Shown: positions 18,027 to 27,603, numbered from the stretch's first letter. The stretch: DNA of 64,000 bases from Anaerolineae bacterium (GCA_034434235.1 DAOTZV010000098.1:8879-72878); one strand, 5' to 3'. A program made the numbers and translations. The notes: generated by a model not told the origin, from the letters alone.

Positions 18027-20726
18027 ATGCGCATGTCCGTCGAGTCCGCGTTGCAGGCGCTTCGGTTCGATCCGCGCTTCATGCGCCATGTCGGTCGCTG
18101 GGTGCATGTGCCGGCTCGCGCGGCGCGCTTCGCGGCCTTCCCGGCCGGGTTGGATCATCGCCTGGTCGAGGCGCTGGCGGCGCGCGGGGTGCACCAGCTC
18201 TACGCACACCAGGCCGAGGCGGTGGCCGCCGGCCTGCGGGGCGAGCATGTCGCCGTCGTGACGCCGGCCGCCAGCGGCAAGACGCTGTGCTACAACCTGC
18301 CCGTCCTTCAGCGCCTCCTGGCCGATCCCGCCGCGCGCGCCCTCTATCTCTATCCCACGAAGGCGCTGGCGCACGATCAGTTGGCCGGATTGCGCGAGCT
18401 GGCCGATCTGACCGTGGCGCACGCGGGCAACTTGCGCCGCAGATCCGAGCTGATCTGCGCGACCTATGACGGCGACACCCCTTCCGCGCAGCGGAGCAAG
18501 ATACGCGATACGGCCCGGATCCTCCTCTCGAATCCCGACATGCTCCACGCCGGCATCCTGCCGCAGCATCCGCGCTGGGCCGCCTTCTTCGCCAACCTGA
18601 CCGCGGTCGTGATTGACGAGATGCACGTCTATCGCGGGGTGTTCGGCTCGCACGTGGCGAACGTGTTGCGCCGCCTGCGCCGCATCTGTCGCTTCTACGG
18701 CAGCGACCCGCGCTTCTACCTGGCATCGGCCACCATTGCCAATCCCCAGGAGCTGGCCGAGCGCCTGGTCGAAGCGCCGGTCACCGTGATCGGCCCGGAA
18801 CGCGACGCCGCGCCGCAGGGCGAAAGGACGATCCTCTTCTACAACCCGCCCCTGCTCGACCCGGCGCTGGGGATCCGCCGCAGCGCCGGCCTGGAGGCCG
18901 CCGAGCTGGCCGCGCACTTCGTGCGGCACGACGCGCAGACCATCGTCTTCGGCCGCGCCCGTCTGACGGCCGAGCTGATCCTGACGTACCTGCGCCAGCA
19001 GCTCGCCGGCCGCGACGCCGCCCCACAGGAGTTCGGCGGTCTCGCGGCCACCGACGTGCAGCGCGCGATCCGTGGCTATCGCAGCGGCTACCTGCCGGCC
19101 GAACGCCGCGCCATCGAGGCGGGATTGCGCGATGGCACGGTGCGCGCGGTCGTGGCCACCAACGCCCTGGAACTGGGGATTGACATCGGCCAGATGGCCG
19201 CGGCGCTCCTGGCCGGCTATCCGGGCACGATTGCCGCCGCGCGGCAGCAGATGGGCCGCGCCGGCCGACGCCAGGGGGCGGCCGCGGCCGTGCTCGTCGC
19301 GGCGGCCGATCCGCTCGATCAATACCTGATCGCCCATCCGGAATACCTGCTCGAGCGGACGCCCGAACACGCCCGCCTCAATCCCGACAACGCGGTGATC
19401 CTGGCCGGCCATCTGGCGTGCGCCGCGGCCGAGCTGCCGTTCGAAGCCGGCGAGGAGTTCGGCCGGGCCGGCGTCGGGTTGGGGCCCGATGGCCTGGCGC
19501 GGCTGCTGGACGAGCTGGTGGAGGCGGGCAAGCTCTACCGCGCAGGCGGCCGCTACTTTTGGGCCGGGCCCGGTGCGCCCGCGGCTGCCATCAGCCTGCG
19601 CAGCAGTGCGGCCGAACGGGTCATCATCCAGGCGCCGGATCCCGCGGGCAAGCCCCAGGTGCTCGGCGAGATCGAACGCACCGCGGCCCCTCTGTTCGTC
19701 TACGAGGGGGCCATCTACTTGCACGAAGGGACGAGCTACCTGGTCGAGCGCCTGGATTGGCCGGCCGGCATCGCGTACGTCCGGCCCCTCGAGGCCGATT
19801 TCTACACCCGCCCTGTGGTCGGCGAAGGGGTCGAGGTGTTGGCCGTCCACGCGACGATGCACTTCGGCGCTCCGGCGGCCGATGAAGACAACGAGGCTTT
19901 CCGATGTTCGTGGGGCCGCGTTCGCGTCGCGCGGCAGGTGACCGGCTACCGGATCATGCGCCGGGGAACCAACGAGGTGTTGGGCTTCGGCGCCGTGGAC
20001 CTGCCCGAACATGCCTTCGAGACGGAAGGGTGTTGGCTGGAGCTTGCGGCCGATCTGGTGGAACAGCTTCGGCTGGAAGGGCGGTGGCTCTCGGATCCCA
20101 ACGATTACGGCCCGAACTGGGCCCAGCAGCGCGCGGCCGCTCGCGCCCGCGATGGCTTTCGATGCCAGGGTTGCGGCGCGCTGGAAGTCCCCGGTCGCCA
20201 GCACGATGTCCATCATCGCATCCCGTTGCGTGCGTTCGTCGCCGATCCCCACCTGCGCGGCGGCCTGCCGCCGGAACGCGCCTGGGAAGCGGCCAACGTG
20301 CTGGAGAACCTGGTGACGTTGTGTCCGGCGTGCCATCGCCGGGCCGAGACGGCCGTGCGCCTGCGCTCGGGGTTGGGCGCTGCGGCTGCGGCGCTCCTCG
20401 GCGTCGCGCCGATCTTCCTGATGTGCGATCCGGCCGATCTGGGCATGGTTGTCGAGCCGCAGGCGCCCGCGAGCGGCTTGCCCGCCATCACGATCTTCGA
20501 GCAGACGGCCGGCGGCATCGGCTATGCCGAACAGTTGTATCGCCTGATGCCCCAGGCGCTGGCGGCCGCGCTCGACCTGGTGCGCGGTTGTCCTTGCGAG
20601 CACGGTTGTCCGGGGTGCGTGGGCCCGACGCCGGAGCACGACTACATGCCGGACGCCAAAGCCCTGGCCCGCGCGCTTCTGGAAAGAATCGCTTCGGTTT
20701 CACCTTGCCAATCGTCGCAGCCGTGA
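18027..20726 (+). CDS. MrfA-like ATP-dependent helicase (DEXH helicase + DUF1998 Zn-binding domain) with inserted HNH endonuclease domain
   Basis: Helicase motifs (AASGKTL, DEMH, SAT). C-terminal 4-Cys DUF1998. ~94-aa insert carries HNH signature CQGCG...HDVHHRIP...N...CPACHRR and is absent from the paralog at 41912. Confidence 0.75.
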   Translation: MRMSVESALQALRFDPRFMRHVGRWVHVPARAARFAAFPAGLDHRLVEALAARGVHQLYAHQAEAVAAGLRGEHVAVVTPAASGKTLCYNLPVLQRLLADPAARALYLYPTKALAHDQLAGLRELADLTVAHAGNLRRRSELICATYDGDTPSAQRSKIRDTARILLSNPDMLHAGILPQHPRWAAFFANLTAVVIDEMHVYRGVFGSHVANVLRRLRRICRFYGSDPRFYLASATIANPQELAERLVEAPVTVIGPERDAAPQGERTILFYNPPLLDPALGIRRSAGLEAAELAAHFVRHDAQTIVFGRARLTAELILTYLRQQLAGRDAAPQEFGGLAATDVQRAIRGYRSGYLPAERRAIEAGLRDGTVRAVVATNALELGIDIGQMAAALLAGYPGTIAAARQQMGRAGRRQGAAAAVLVAAADPLDQYLIAHPEYLLERTPEHARLNPDNAVILAGHLACAAAELPFEAGEEFGRAGVGLGPDGLARLLDELVEAGKLYRAGGRYFWAGPGAPAAAISLRSSAAERVIIQAPDPAGKPQVLGEIERTAAPLFVYEGAIYLHEGTSYLVERLDWPAGIAYVRPLEADFYTRPVVGEGVEVLAVHATMHFGAPAADEDNEAFRCSWGRVRVARQVTGYRIMRRGTNEVLGFGAVDLPEHAFETEGCWLELAADLVEQLRLEGRWLSDPNDYGPNWAQQRAAARARDGFRCQGCGALEVPGRQHDVHHRIPLRAFVADPHLRGGLPPERAWEAANVLENLVTLCPACHRRAETAVRLRSGLGAAAAALLGVAPIFLMCDPADLGMVVEPQAPASGLPAITIFEQTAGGIGYAEQLYRLMPQALAAALDLVRGCPCEHGCPGCVGPTPEHDYMPDAKALARALLERIASVSPCQSSQP

Positions 20727-20861
20727 TATAATGGTTATGTGTGTCTGCACACAACCTCCTGTCGCGTTCACAATCGGTGGCTTTGCGGAGGGGCGCCTGG
20801 CCGGGCACCCCTGCTCCGCCCCGAAAGCCGACGGTGGCATCCCAATCGCAGCAAGAGGGTC

Positions 20862-21701
20862 ATGGATTTTCACCAACAGGTCGCGCTGGTGACCGGCGGA
20901 TCGAGCGGCATCGGCCTGGCAACGGCCAGGCTGCTGGCGGCGCGCGGGGCCAGGGTGTGGCTGGTGGCTCGCAACCCGGAGCGGCTGCGGGCCGCGCTGG
21001 CCGAGGTCGAGGCGGCAACCGGCGATGATGCCGGCCGACACGGCGCCATCCCGGCCGACGTCGCCGATCCCGCGCAGGCGGCCGGTGCCGTGCGGGCAGT
21101 GGCGGCCGCGGCCGGCGCGCCGACCATCATCGTTAACTCGGCCGGGATCGTCCTCCCCGGTTACGTTGAAGCGTTGACGCCTGACGCCTTTCGGGCCCAG
21201 ATCGAGGTCAACTACCTGGGAGCGGTTTACGTCATCCAGGCGGCTTTGCCCGCGCTGCTCGAGCGCGGGGCCGGCCACATCGTCAACGTGTGCTCGGCGG
21301 CCGGGTTCCTGGGCATGTTCGGCTACGCGGCCTATGCCGGCTCGAAGTTCGCCCTGCGCGGCTATTCCGATGTGTTGCGCGCCGAGCTGAAGCCGCGCGG
21401 GATCCATGTGGCCATCGCCTTCCCGCCCGATACCGATACCCCGCAACTGGCCTATGACCGACAGGTTCGGCCTGCCGAAATAGACCGGATCATCGGCGGC
21501 CGGGCGCAGGTGCTGTCGGCCGAGGCGGTGGCGCGGGCCATTGTGGACGGCATCGAGCGCCGACGCTACATCATCACCCCAGGATTGGACACGACTTTGG
21601 CTTTTTGGTTGAGCTGTGTCTTGGGGCCGCTGCAATATCCGATCATGGACCTTCTCGTTGCGCGCGCCTTGCGCCAGACGGGACGGTTGAAAGCGCGATA
21701 A
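20862..21701 (+). CDS. 3-ketodihydrosphingosine reductase-like short-chain dehydrogenase
   Basis: SDR motifs TGGSSGIG, NSAG, YxxxK (YAGSK). Extended similarity to KDSR segment SAAGFLGMFGYAAYAGSKFALRGYSDVLRAELKPRGIHVAIAFPPDTDTP. Confidence 0.65.
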   Translation: MDFHQQVALVTGGSSGIGLATARLLAARGARVWLVARNPERLRAALAEVEAATGDDAGRHGAIPADVADPAQAAGAVRAVAAAAGAPTIIVNSAGIVLPGYVEALTPDAFRAQIEVNYLGAVYVIQAALPALLERGAGHIVNVCSAAGFLGMFGYAAYAGSKFALRGYSDVLRAELKPRGIHVAIAFPPDTDTPQLAYDRQVRPAEIDRIIGGRAQVLSAEAVARAIVDGIERRRYIITPGLDTTLAFWLSCVLGPLQYPIMDLLVARALRQTGRLKAR

Positions 21702-21714
21702 GGAGGCAGAGATC

Positions 21715-22854
21715 ATGAGCGCGGGGATCGTCATCGAACCGGTGACCGATGCCAGAGGTATTTTGACCTTCGTGAAGTTCCCCTTCAAGCTGTACAGGGG
21801 CGATCCCAACTGGGTGCCGCCCTTCATCGAGGAACGCCGCGACTTTTTCGATCCCAAGAAGAACCCGTTCTATCAGCACGCCCGCTATCAGCTTTTCCTG
21901 GCGCGGCGGGGCGGCGAGCTGGTCGGCACGATCGGCGCGGTCATCAACGATAACCACAACGCCTTTCACAACGAACAGGTGGGCGCGTTCGGCTTCTTCG
22001 AGTGCATCAACGATCAGGCCGTGGCCGATGCCCTGTTCGAGGCGGCCGAAGATTGGGTGCGCGGCCAGGGGATGAAGGCGATCCGCGGGCCGCTCAACTT
22101 CTCGACCAACGACGAATGCGGCACCCTGATCGAGGGCTTTCACGAGCCGCCGATGGTCATGATGACCTACAACCCGCGCTACTATCCGGCCCTGATCGAG
22201 GGACACGGCTACACCAAGGCCATGGACCTGTTCGCCTGGATCATCGAGGATATCCCCGAGCGGTTGCCCTATGCACCGCAAAAGCTGGTGCATGTGGCAG
22301 AGAAAGCGGCCCAGAAGGAAGGGATCCGGCTGCGCGAGATAGATCGCAAGCACCTGGATCGGGACATTGACCTCATCAAGCAGATCTACAATCAGGCCTG
22401 GGAGAGGAACTGGGGCTTCGTGCCGCTGACCGACGCGGAGATAGACCATCTGGTGAAGGCCTTGTTGCCGGTGGCCGACATGCGCCTGGTGCTCCTGGCC
22501 GAGACGGAGGACGGTCGGCCCGTCGGCGTCTCGCTCACCTTGCCCGATCTGCATCAGGCGTTGAAGCGCGCCGGCGGCGGCCACATGTACCCGTTCGGCC
22601 TCCTGAAGTTCCTCTGGTATCGGCGCAAGATCAACCAGGCGCGGCTGCTCATCATGGGCGTCATCGAACAGTACCGGGGCCGCGGGGTGGATGCCTATTT
22701 TTACCTCACCACGGCGCGCAAGGCGGCCGAGTGCGGCTACAGGCGGCTCGAAGGCTCGTGGATCCTGGAGACCAACACGATGATGAACCGCATCATCGAG
22801 CGCCTGGGCGGCGTGAAGTATAAGACCTATCGCATCTACGAGAAGCCGCTATGA
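21715..22854 (+). CDS. GNAT/FemAB-fold N-acyltransferase (BioF2-like); candidate sphingoid-base N-acyltransferase
   Basis: 379 aa two-lobed acyltransferase-like protein. Strong RBS AAGGAGG. Translationally coupled within the operon. Confidence 0.45.
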   Translation: MSAGIVIEPVTDARGILTFVKFPFKLYRGDPNWVPPFIEERRDFFDPKKNPFYQHARYQLFLARRGGELVGTIGAVINDNHNAFHNEQVGAFGFFECINDQAVADALFEAAEDWVRGQGMKAIRGPLNFSTNDECGTLIEGFHEPPMVMMTYNPRYYPALIEGHGYTKAMDLFAWIIEDIPERLPYAPQKLVHVAEKAAQKEGIRLREIDRKHLDRDIDLIKQIYNQAWERNWGFVPLTDAEIDHLVKALLPVADMRLVLLAETEDGRPVGVSLTLPDLHQALKRAGGGHMYPFGLLKFLWYRRKINQARLLIMGVIEQYRGRGVDAYFYLTTARKAAECGYRRLEGSWILETNTMMNRIIERLGGVKYKTYRIYEKPL

Positions 22855-23834
22855 AAGTACTGGTCACCGGCGGAACCGGATTCGTCGGCTCGCAACTGGT
22901 CGCGGCGCTCGTGTGCCGGGGCGATCGGGTGCGGGTGTTGCGCCGCGCCAGCTCCGACCTGATCGCGCTCCAGGAGATCCCCGACGTCGAACACGTCATC
23001 GGCGATATCCTGGATCCGGCCGCGGTGGCCCGCGCCGTGGCCGGCTGCGATCTGGTCTTCCACGTGGCCGCGCTCTCCTCCTACTGGCGGGCCCAGCGCG
23101 AGGCGGTGTACCGGATCAACGTGGAAGGCACGCGCATCGTGATGGAGGCTTGCCTGGCGGCGCGCGTGCCGCGGGTGGTGTTCACGTCGTCCGTGGCGGC
23201 CATCGGCATGCGTCCCGACGGCCGGCCCGCGGACGAGACCACGGCGTTCGATCCCATCAGCGCGCGGCTGGCCTATGGCGACAGCAAGCACCGGGCCGAG
23301 GCCGTGGTGGCCGGCCTGGTCCGCCAGGGATTGGACGCGGTGATCGTCAACCCGGCCGCGGTGTTCGGCCCCGGGGATCATCATCTGATCTCGGGAAGCA
23401 TGATCGTGGAATACGCCCGACGTTCGCTGCCGGCCGTGCCGCCCGGCGGATTGTGCGTGGCCGATGTGGATGCGGTCGTGGCCGGGCACCTGGCAGCCGC
23501 CGAACGCGGTCGCACCGGCGAGCGTTACATCCTGGGCGGCGAGAACCTGTCTTTGCGCCAGATCGCGGAGATCATCTGCGGGGTGGTGGGCCGGCGGCCG
23601 CCGCGCTGGACGATCCCTCGCTGGGTGTTGCCGGTCGCGGCGCGCGGGGTGGATGCTTTCAACCGGATCAACCCGCGGCCGCCGCTCGTCAGCGGCGATC
23701 AGATCCGGTTGAGCGCGTACCGGCTCTTCTTCGATTCCGGCAAGGCCGTGCGCGAGCTGGGCTATCCCCTGTTGCCGTTCCGCGGCGCGGTGGAACGGGC
23801 TTATGCCTGGTACAAGGAACACGGCTATATCTAG
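22851..23834 (+). CDS. NAD-dependent epimerase/dehydratase family reductase (CerR/HpnA-like)
   Basis: GGTGFVGS Rossmann motif, YxxxK (YGDSK). ATGA overlap with upstream gene. Confidence 0.6.
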   Translation: MKVLVTGGTGFVGSQLVAALVCRGDRVRVLRRASSDLIALQEIPDVEHVIGDILDPAAVARAVAGCDLVFHVAALSSYWRAQREAVYRINVEGTRIVMEACLAARVPRVVFTSSVAAIGMRPDGRPADETTAFDPISARLAYGDSKHRAEAVVAGLVRQGLDAVIVNPAAVFGPGDHHLISGSMIVEYARRSLPAVPPGGLCVADVDAVVAGHLAAAERGRTGERYILGGENLSLRQIAEIICGVVGRRPPRWTIPRWVLPVAARGVDAFNRINPRPPLVSGDQIRLSAYRLFFDSGKAVRELGYPLLPFRGAVERAYAWYKEHGYI

Positions 23835-23839
23835 AAATC

Positions 23840-25033
23840 ATGGAGGGTTTTCCTGTGGATCTTTTCGATAAATGCTATCAGTTCACCGAGGCCAAAGCCG
23901 CTATCGCGGCCGGCATCTACCCCTACTTCCTGCCGTTGACCGGCAACGAGGGGACCGAGGCCATCTTCGGCAACAAGCGGCTCATCATGTGCGGCTCGAA
24001 CAATTATCTGGGGTTGACGGTGGACCCGCGCGTGCGCCAGGCCGCCATAGAGGCGATCGAGAAGTTCGGCACCAGTTGCACCGGCTCGCGCTTCCTCAAC
24101 GGCAACCTGGAGTTCCACGAACAGCTCGAGCGCGAGCTGGCCGAGTTCGTCGGCAAGGAGGCCGCGCTGGTCTTTTCCACCGGCATGCAGGTCAACCTGG
24201 GCACGATCAGCGCGCTGGTCGGCCGCGGGGATTACGTCATCCTGGACAAGGAGGACCACGCCAGCATCGTGGACGGCGCGCTGCTCAGCCTCGGCGAGGT
24301 CAAACGCTTTGCGCACAACGACCTGGACGACCTGGAGCGCCTCCTCAAGCGCCTGCCGGCCGACAAGGGCAAGCTGGTGGTGGTAGATGGCGTCTTTTCG
24401 ATGGGCGGCGACCTGGCCCCGCTCGACGAGCTGGTGCCGCTCTGCAAGAAGTACGGCGCGCGGCTGATGGTGGACGACGCGCACGGCATCGGCGTGACGG
24501 GCGGCGGTCGCGGCACGGCCTGGCAGTTCGGCGTGACCGAAGGGGTGGATCTGATCATGTCCACCTTCTCGAAGTCGTTTGCGTCGCTGGGCGGCTTCGT
24601 GGCCGGCGACGAGCCGGTCATCCACTACATCAAGCATCACGCCCGCTCGCTCCTCTTCAGCGCCAGCATCCCGCCTTCTAACGCGGCCGCGGCCCTGGCC
24701 GCGCTCAAGATCATGCGCGAGGAACCGGAACGGGTGAAGCGGCTGAACGAGATCGGGGATTACATGCGCGCCGGCTTCAAGCGCCTGGGCTTCAACATCG
24801 GCAATTCGGTCACGCCGATCATTCCGATCATCATCGGCGACCGGATGCGCACGGTGATGGTGTGGCACGCGCTGTTCCAGGCGGGCGTGTTCGTCAATCC
24901 GGTCTTGACGCCGGCCGTGCCCCCCGGCATGGATCTGTTGCGCACCAGCTACATGGCAACCCACACCGACGAGCAACTGGACAGGGTCCTGGCCGTCTTC
25001 GAGCAGGTGGGGAAGCAGATGGGGTTGATCTAG
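23840..25033 (+). CDS. Alpha-oxoamine synthase, serine palmitoyltransferase-like (PLP-dependent)
   Basis: PLP lysine in STFSKSFASLGGFVAG. Blocks GSNNYLGLTVDP, FSTGMQVNLGTISAL, DHASIVDG, LLFSASIPPS closely mirror bacterial SPT over the full length. Confidence 0.65.
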   Translation: MEGFPVDLFDKCYQFTEAKAAIAAGIYPYFLPLTGNEGTEAIFGNKRLIMCGSNNYLGLTVDPRVRQAAIEAIEKFGTSCTGSRFLNGNLEFHEQLERELAEFVGKEAALVFSTGMQVNLGTISALVGRGDYVILDKEDHASIVDGALLSLGEVKRFAHNDLDDLERLLKRLPADKGKLVVVDGVFSMGGDLAPLDELVPLCKKYGARLMVDDAHGIGVTGGGRGTAWQFGVTEGVDLIMSTFSKSFASLGGFVAGDEPVIHYIKHHARSLLFSASIPPSNAAAALAALKIMREEPERVKRLNEIGDYMRAGFKRLGFNIGNSVTPIIPIIIGDRMRTVMVWHALFQAGVFVNPVLTPAVPPGMDLLRTSYMATHTDEQLDRVLAVFEQVGKQMGLI

Positions 25034-25109
25034 GCTGAGGTTAAGGCTAAGGGGGAGGTTGGAAGATTATCTCTTCCTCTCCCTCAACCTTAACCTCAAC
25101 CCTCGTGGT

Positions 25110-25165
25110 CGCCAGCCCGCTTCAGCGGGCGTTGCCCGGGTAGCACGGGCACTTTATGCCCGTGC
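25110..25165. repeat. Family-C double-hairpin repeat (CGCCAGCCCGCTTCAGCGGGCGTTGCCCGGGTAGCACGGGCACTTTATGCCCGTGC), copy 1
   Basis: Near-identical 56-nt copy at 32210-32265. Contains hairpins GCCCGC-TTCA-GCGGGC and GCACGGGCA-CTTTA-TGCCCGTGC. Confidence 0.8.
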
Positions 25166-25229
25166 GGCGTTCGATCGCGCAGCCAGGCATCGGAGGGTTT
25201 CCTGTCGCCGCGCGGCGCATGCTCAGCTC

Positions 25230-25940
25230 TTATCGCGTCGTCTTGTTGCGTCGGAAGTCCACGAATCGGTAGCCGACCCCGCGCTCGGTGAGAATATAAC
25301 GCGGGTTGTCTGCATCCGGCTCGATCTTCTTGCGCAGATAGTTGATGTAGGTGCGCAAGAGCTGCATGTCGTCTCGATATTCGGGCCCCCACACTTTCGT
25401 GAGCAGGCTCTCCTGCGGCACGATCCAGCCGGCGTTCTCCACCAGGTAGAGCAACAGGCGATGTTCGGTCGGCCGCAGCTTGATGCGCTCTCCGCGCACG
25501 ATCACCTCGCGGCGCGGGAAGTCTATCGCCAGGTCCTCGTCGATCACCAGCGGCTCGTCGGCCTGAGCTTTGGTCGGCTCCATCCGCCGGAGCACCGCGC
25601 GGATGCGGCTGACCAGCTCGCGCGGACTGAACGGCTTGGTGACGTAATCGTCCGCGCCCAGGTCGAGGCCGCGGATGCGATCCTCTTCGTCCCCCTTCAC
25701 GGTGAGCATGATCACCGGCACCGACGACGTCCGGCGAATGCGTTCCAACGTCTCGAACCCGTCCAGGTCGGGCATCATTACGTCGAGCAGCACCAGGTCG
25801 GGCATGTCTTCGCGCACGCGCTCCAGGGCCACCAGCCCGTTCTCGGCCTCCAGCACGTCGAACCCCTCCAGCTCGAGGTTCATGCGCACGAAGCGGCGCA
25901 TGCGCGCTTCGTCGTCCACCACCAGGATGCGTTTTCTCAT
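25230..25940 (-). CDS. OmpR-family two-component response regulator
   Basis: Receiver domain with phosphoacceptor Asp ([11 protein letters not shown]) and winged-helix C-terminus (YRFVDF). Confidence 0.8.
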   Translation of the reverse strand: MRKRILVVDDEARMRRFVRMNLELEGFDVLEAENGLVALERVREDMPDLVLLDVMMPDLDGFETLERIRRTSSVPVIMLTVKGDEEDRIRGLDLGADDYVTKPFSPRELVSRIRAVLRRMEPTKAQADEPLVIDEDLAIDFPRREVIVRGERIKLRPTEHRLLLYLVENAGWIVPQESLLTKVWGPEYRDDMQLLRTYINYLRKKIEPDADNPRYILTERGVGYRFVDFRRNKTTR

Positions 25941-25971
25941 ACTTCACCTTCGTCGTGCATATCGGCTGCTG

Positions 25972-27603
25972 TCACTGAAGCGGCAAGGTGAAAAAGACGG
26001 TCGTCCCTTTGCCCGGTTCGCTGCGCAACCAGATCTGGCCGCCATGCGCCTCGACGATGGACTTGCAGAGATAAAGCCCCAGCCCGGCACCCTGGGTGCT
26101 GCGGCGCAGGCTCGAATCCACCCGATAGAAGCGCTGGAACAGCTTGCCTTGTTCTTCAAGCGGGATGCCGATCCCCTGGTCGGCCACGTAGACGGTGACC
26201 CGCGTCCGGTCGGCCCAGCCGCCGATGCGGATCTCGCCGCCGGCCGGCGAATACTTGATGGCATTGCTCACCAGGTTGTTCAAGACCTGGCGCAATCGCT
26301 CTTCGTCGCCCGACACGCACGGGAAGTCGGCGGGAAAATCGAGCACGAAGCGATGGTTCGTCGTCTGCACCCGAAAGCCTTCCACCACGCGCGCGGCCAG
26401 TTGCGGGAGCATCACGTCGCCGATCTCCAGCCTGAACGCGCCGGCCTGGATGCGCGAGGCGTCCAGCAGGTTGTTGATCAGCGCGTTCAGCCGGTCGCTC
26501 TCCTCGCTGATGATCTGGAGGCCCTCCCGCAGGGTGGCGCTATCCCAATGCGCGTCTTCGCGCGCCAGGGTATTGGCATACCCCTTGATGAGCGCCACCG
26601 GCGTCTTCAGCTCATGCGAAATGATCGAGATGAAGGTGGACTTCATCTCCTCGGCCTCGCGAAAACGGGTGATGTCCACCACGTTGGCGATCACCTGCGC
26701 CAGCCGGTCCTCTTCGTCGTAGAGGGGCGAGTAGGTGACGCTGACGGCGATGCGCGAGCCGCCCGGCCTGGAGAGCAACCCTTCCACGGTCAGCGGCTGG
26801 CCATCGGGAAAGCGCGCTTCGGCCGGATCGGCCCCGCACAGATTGGGGCCCGAGGCCTGTTCCAGCGCCAACACCTCGTAGCATGGCCGGCCGATGGCGG
26901 CCTCGGCCGGCCAGCCGGTCATCTGGCTCAGCGCCCGGTTGAAGACCTGGATGCGCAGGTCGGGATCGAGGATCATGATCCCGTCGGCGCTGTGCTGGAT
27001 GATCGCGTCCAGTTGCTGCTTCTCGGCGATCACCTGCTGGTAGAGCTGTGCGTTGCGCACCGCGATCGCGGCCTGGTCGGCGAAGCTGGTGAGCACCGCG
27101 CGATCGTTGGCGGTGAACGCGACGCTGCCGCTGCGGAAAAGGTAGATCACCCCGAGCAACCGCTCCTCGAACGTCAGCGGCAGCGCGATGACCTGGTGGA
27201 GGGGAAGCAGGATCGCGTGCGCCACCATCTCCAGCCGCAGCTCCAGGTCGGGAAAGATGAACTGATCGGCGCGCAGGGGCACGTCGTCGAGCAGCGGCGC
27301 GAAGCGCGGCAACAGGCTGCTCGGGATGTTGTAGCTGGCGCGGATCACCAGCGAATTCGTATGCCCGCGGCGCAACGCGATCAAGCCGGCCTCGGCTCGC
27401 ACGATCTCCGCGGCGTTCGTCAGGATCAGCCGCAAAAGGGACGGCAGATCGAGCCGCGAGGTCATCGCCCGGCTGATCTGCAACAGGTATTCGCGCTGGC
27501 GCAACTGATAGCTGATCACGGTCCCTCGATGGAAGTGGATTGCGGGCAACGGTTTACGGCCCCATTGTACCCCAGAACCCCCGACTCCGCCAACTCCGCC
27601 CAT
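25972..27603 (-). CDS. Sensor histidine kinase, cytoplasmic, tandem GAF domains + HisKA + HATPase_c
   Basis: H-box SHELKTP, N/G boxes (NLVSNAIKYS, GAGLGLYLCKS). Start uncertain: ORF track start is TTG at 27657 through Gly-rich low complexity; first in-frame ATG is 27603. Confidence 0.7.
   Translation of the reverse strand: MGGVGGVGGSGVQWGRKPLPAIHFHRGTVISYQLRQREYLLQISRAMTSRLDLPSLLRLILTNAAEIVRAEAGLIALRRGHTNSLVIRASYNIPSSLLPRFAPLLDDVPLRADQFIFPDLELRLEMVAHAILLPLHQVIALPLTFEERLLGVIYLFRSGSVAFTANDRAVLTSFADQAAIAVRNAQLYQQVIAEKQQLDAIIQHSADGIMILDPDLRIQVFNRALSQMTGWPAEAAIGRPCYEVLALEQASGPNLCGADPAEARFPDGQPLTVEGLLSRPGGSRIAVSVTYSPLYDEEDRLAQVIANVVDITRFREAEEMKSTFISIISHELKTPVALIKGYANTLAREDAHWDSATLREGLQIISEESDRLNALINNLLDASRIQAGAFRLEIGDVMLPQLAARVVEGFRVQTTNHRFVLDFPADFPCVSGDEERLRQVLNNLVSNAIKYSPAGGEIRIGGWADRTRVTVYVADQGIGIPLEEQGKLFQRFYRVDSSLRRSTQGAGLGLYLCKSIVEAHGGQIWLRSEPGKGTTVFFTLPLQ

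Noticed and set aside
17982-20639. 885-aa minus-strand ORF
   Set aside because: Antisense to the helicase gene, low-complexity Arg/Gly/Ala translation with no motifs. The + strand product has clear helicase motifs.
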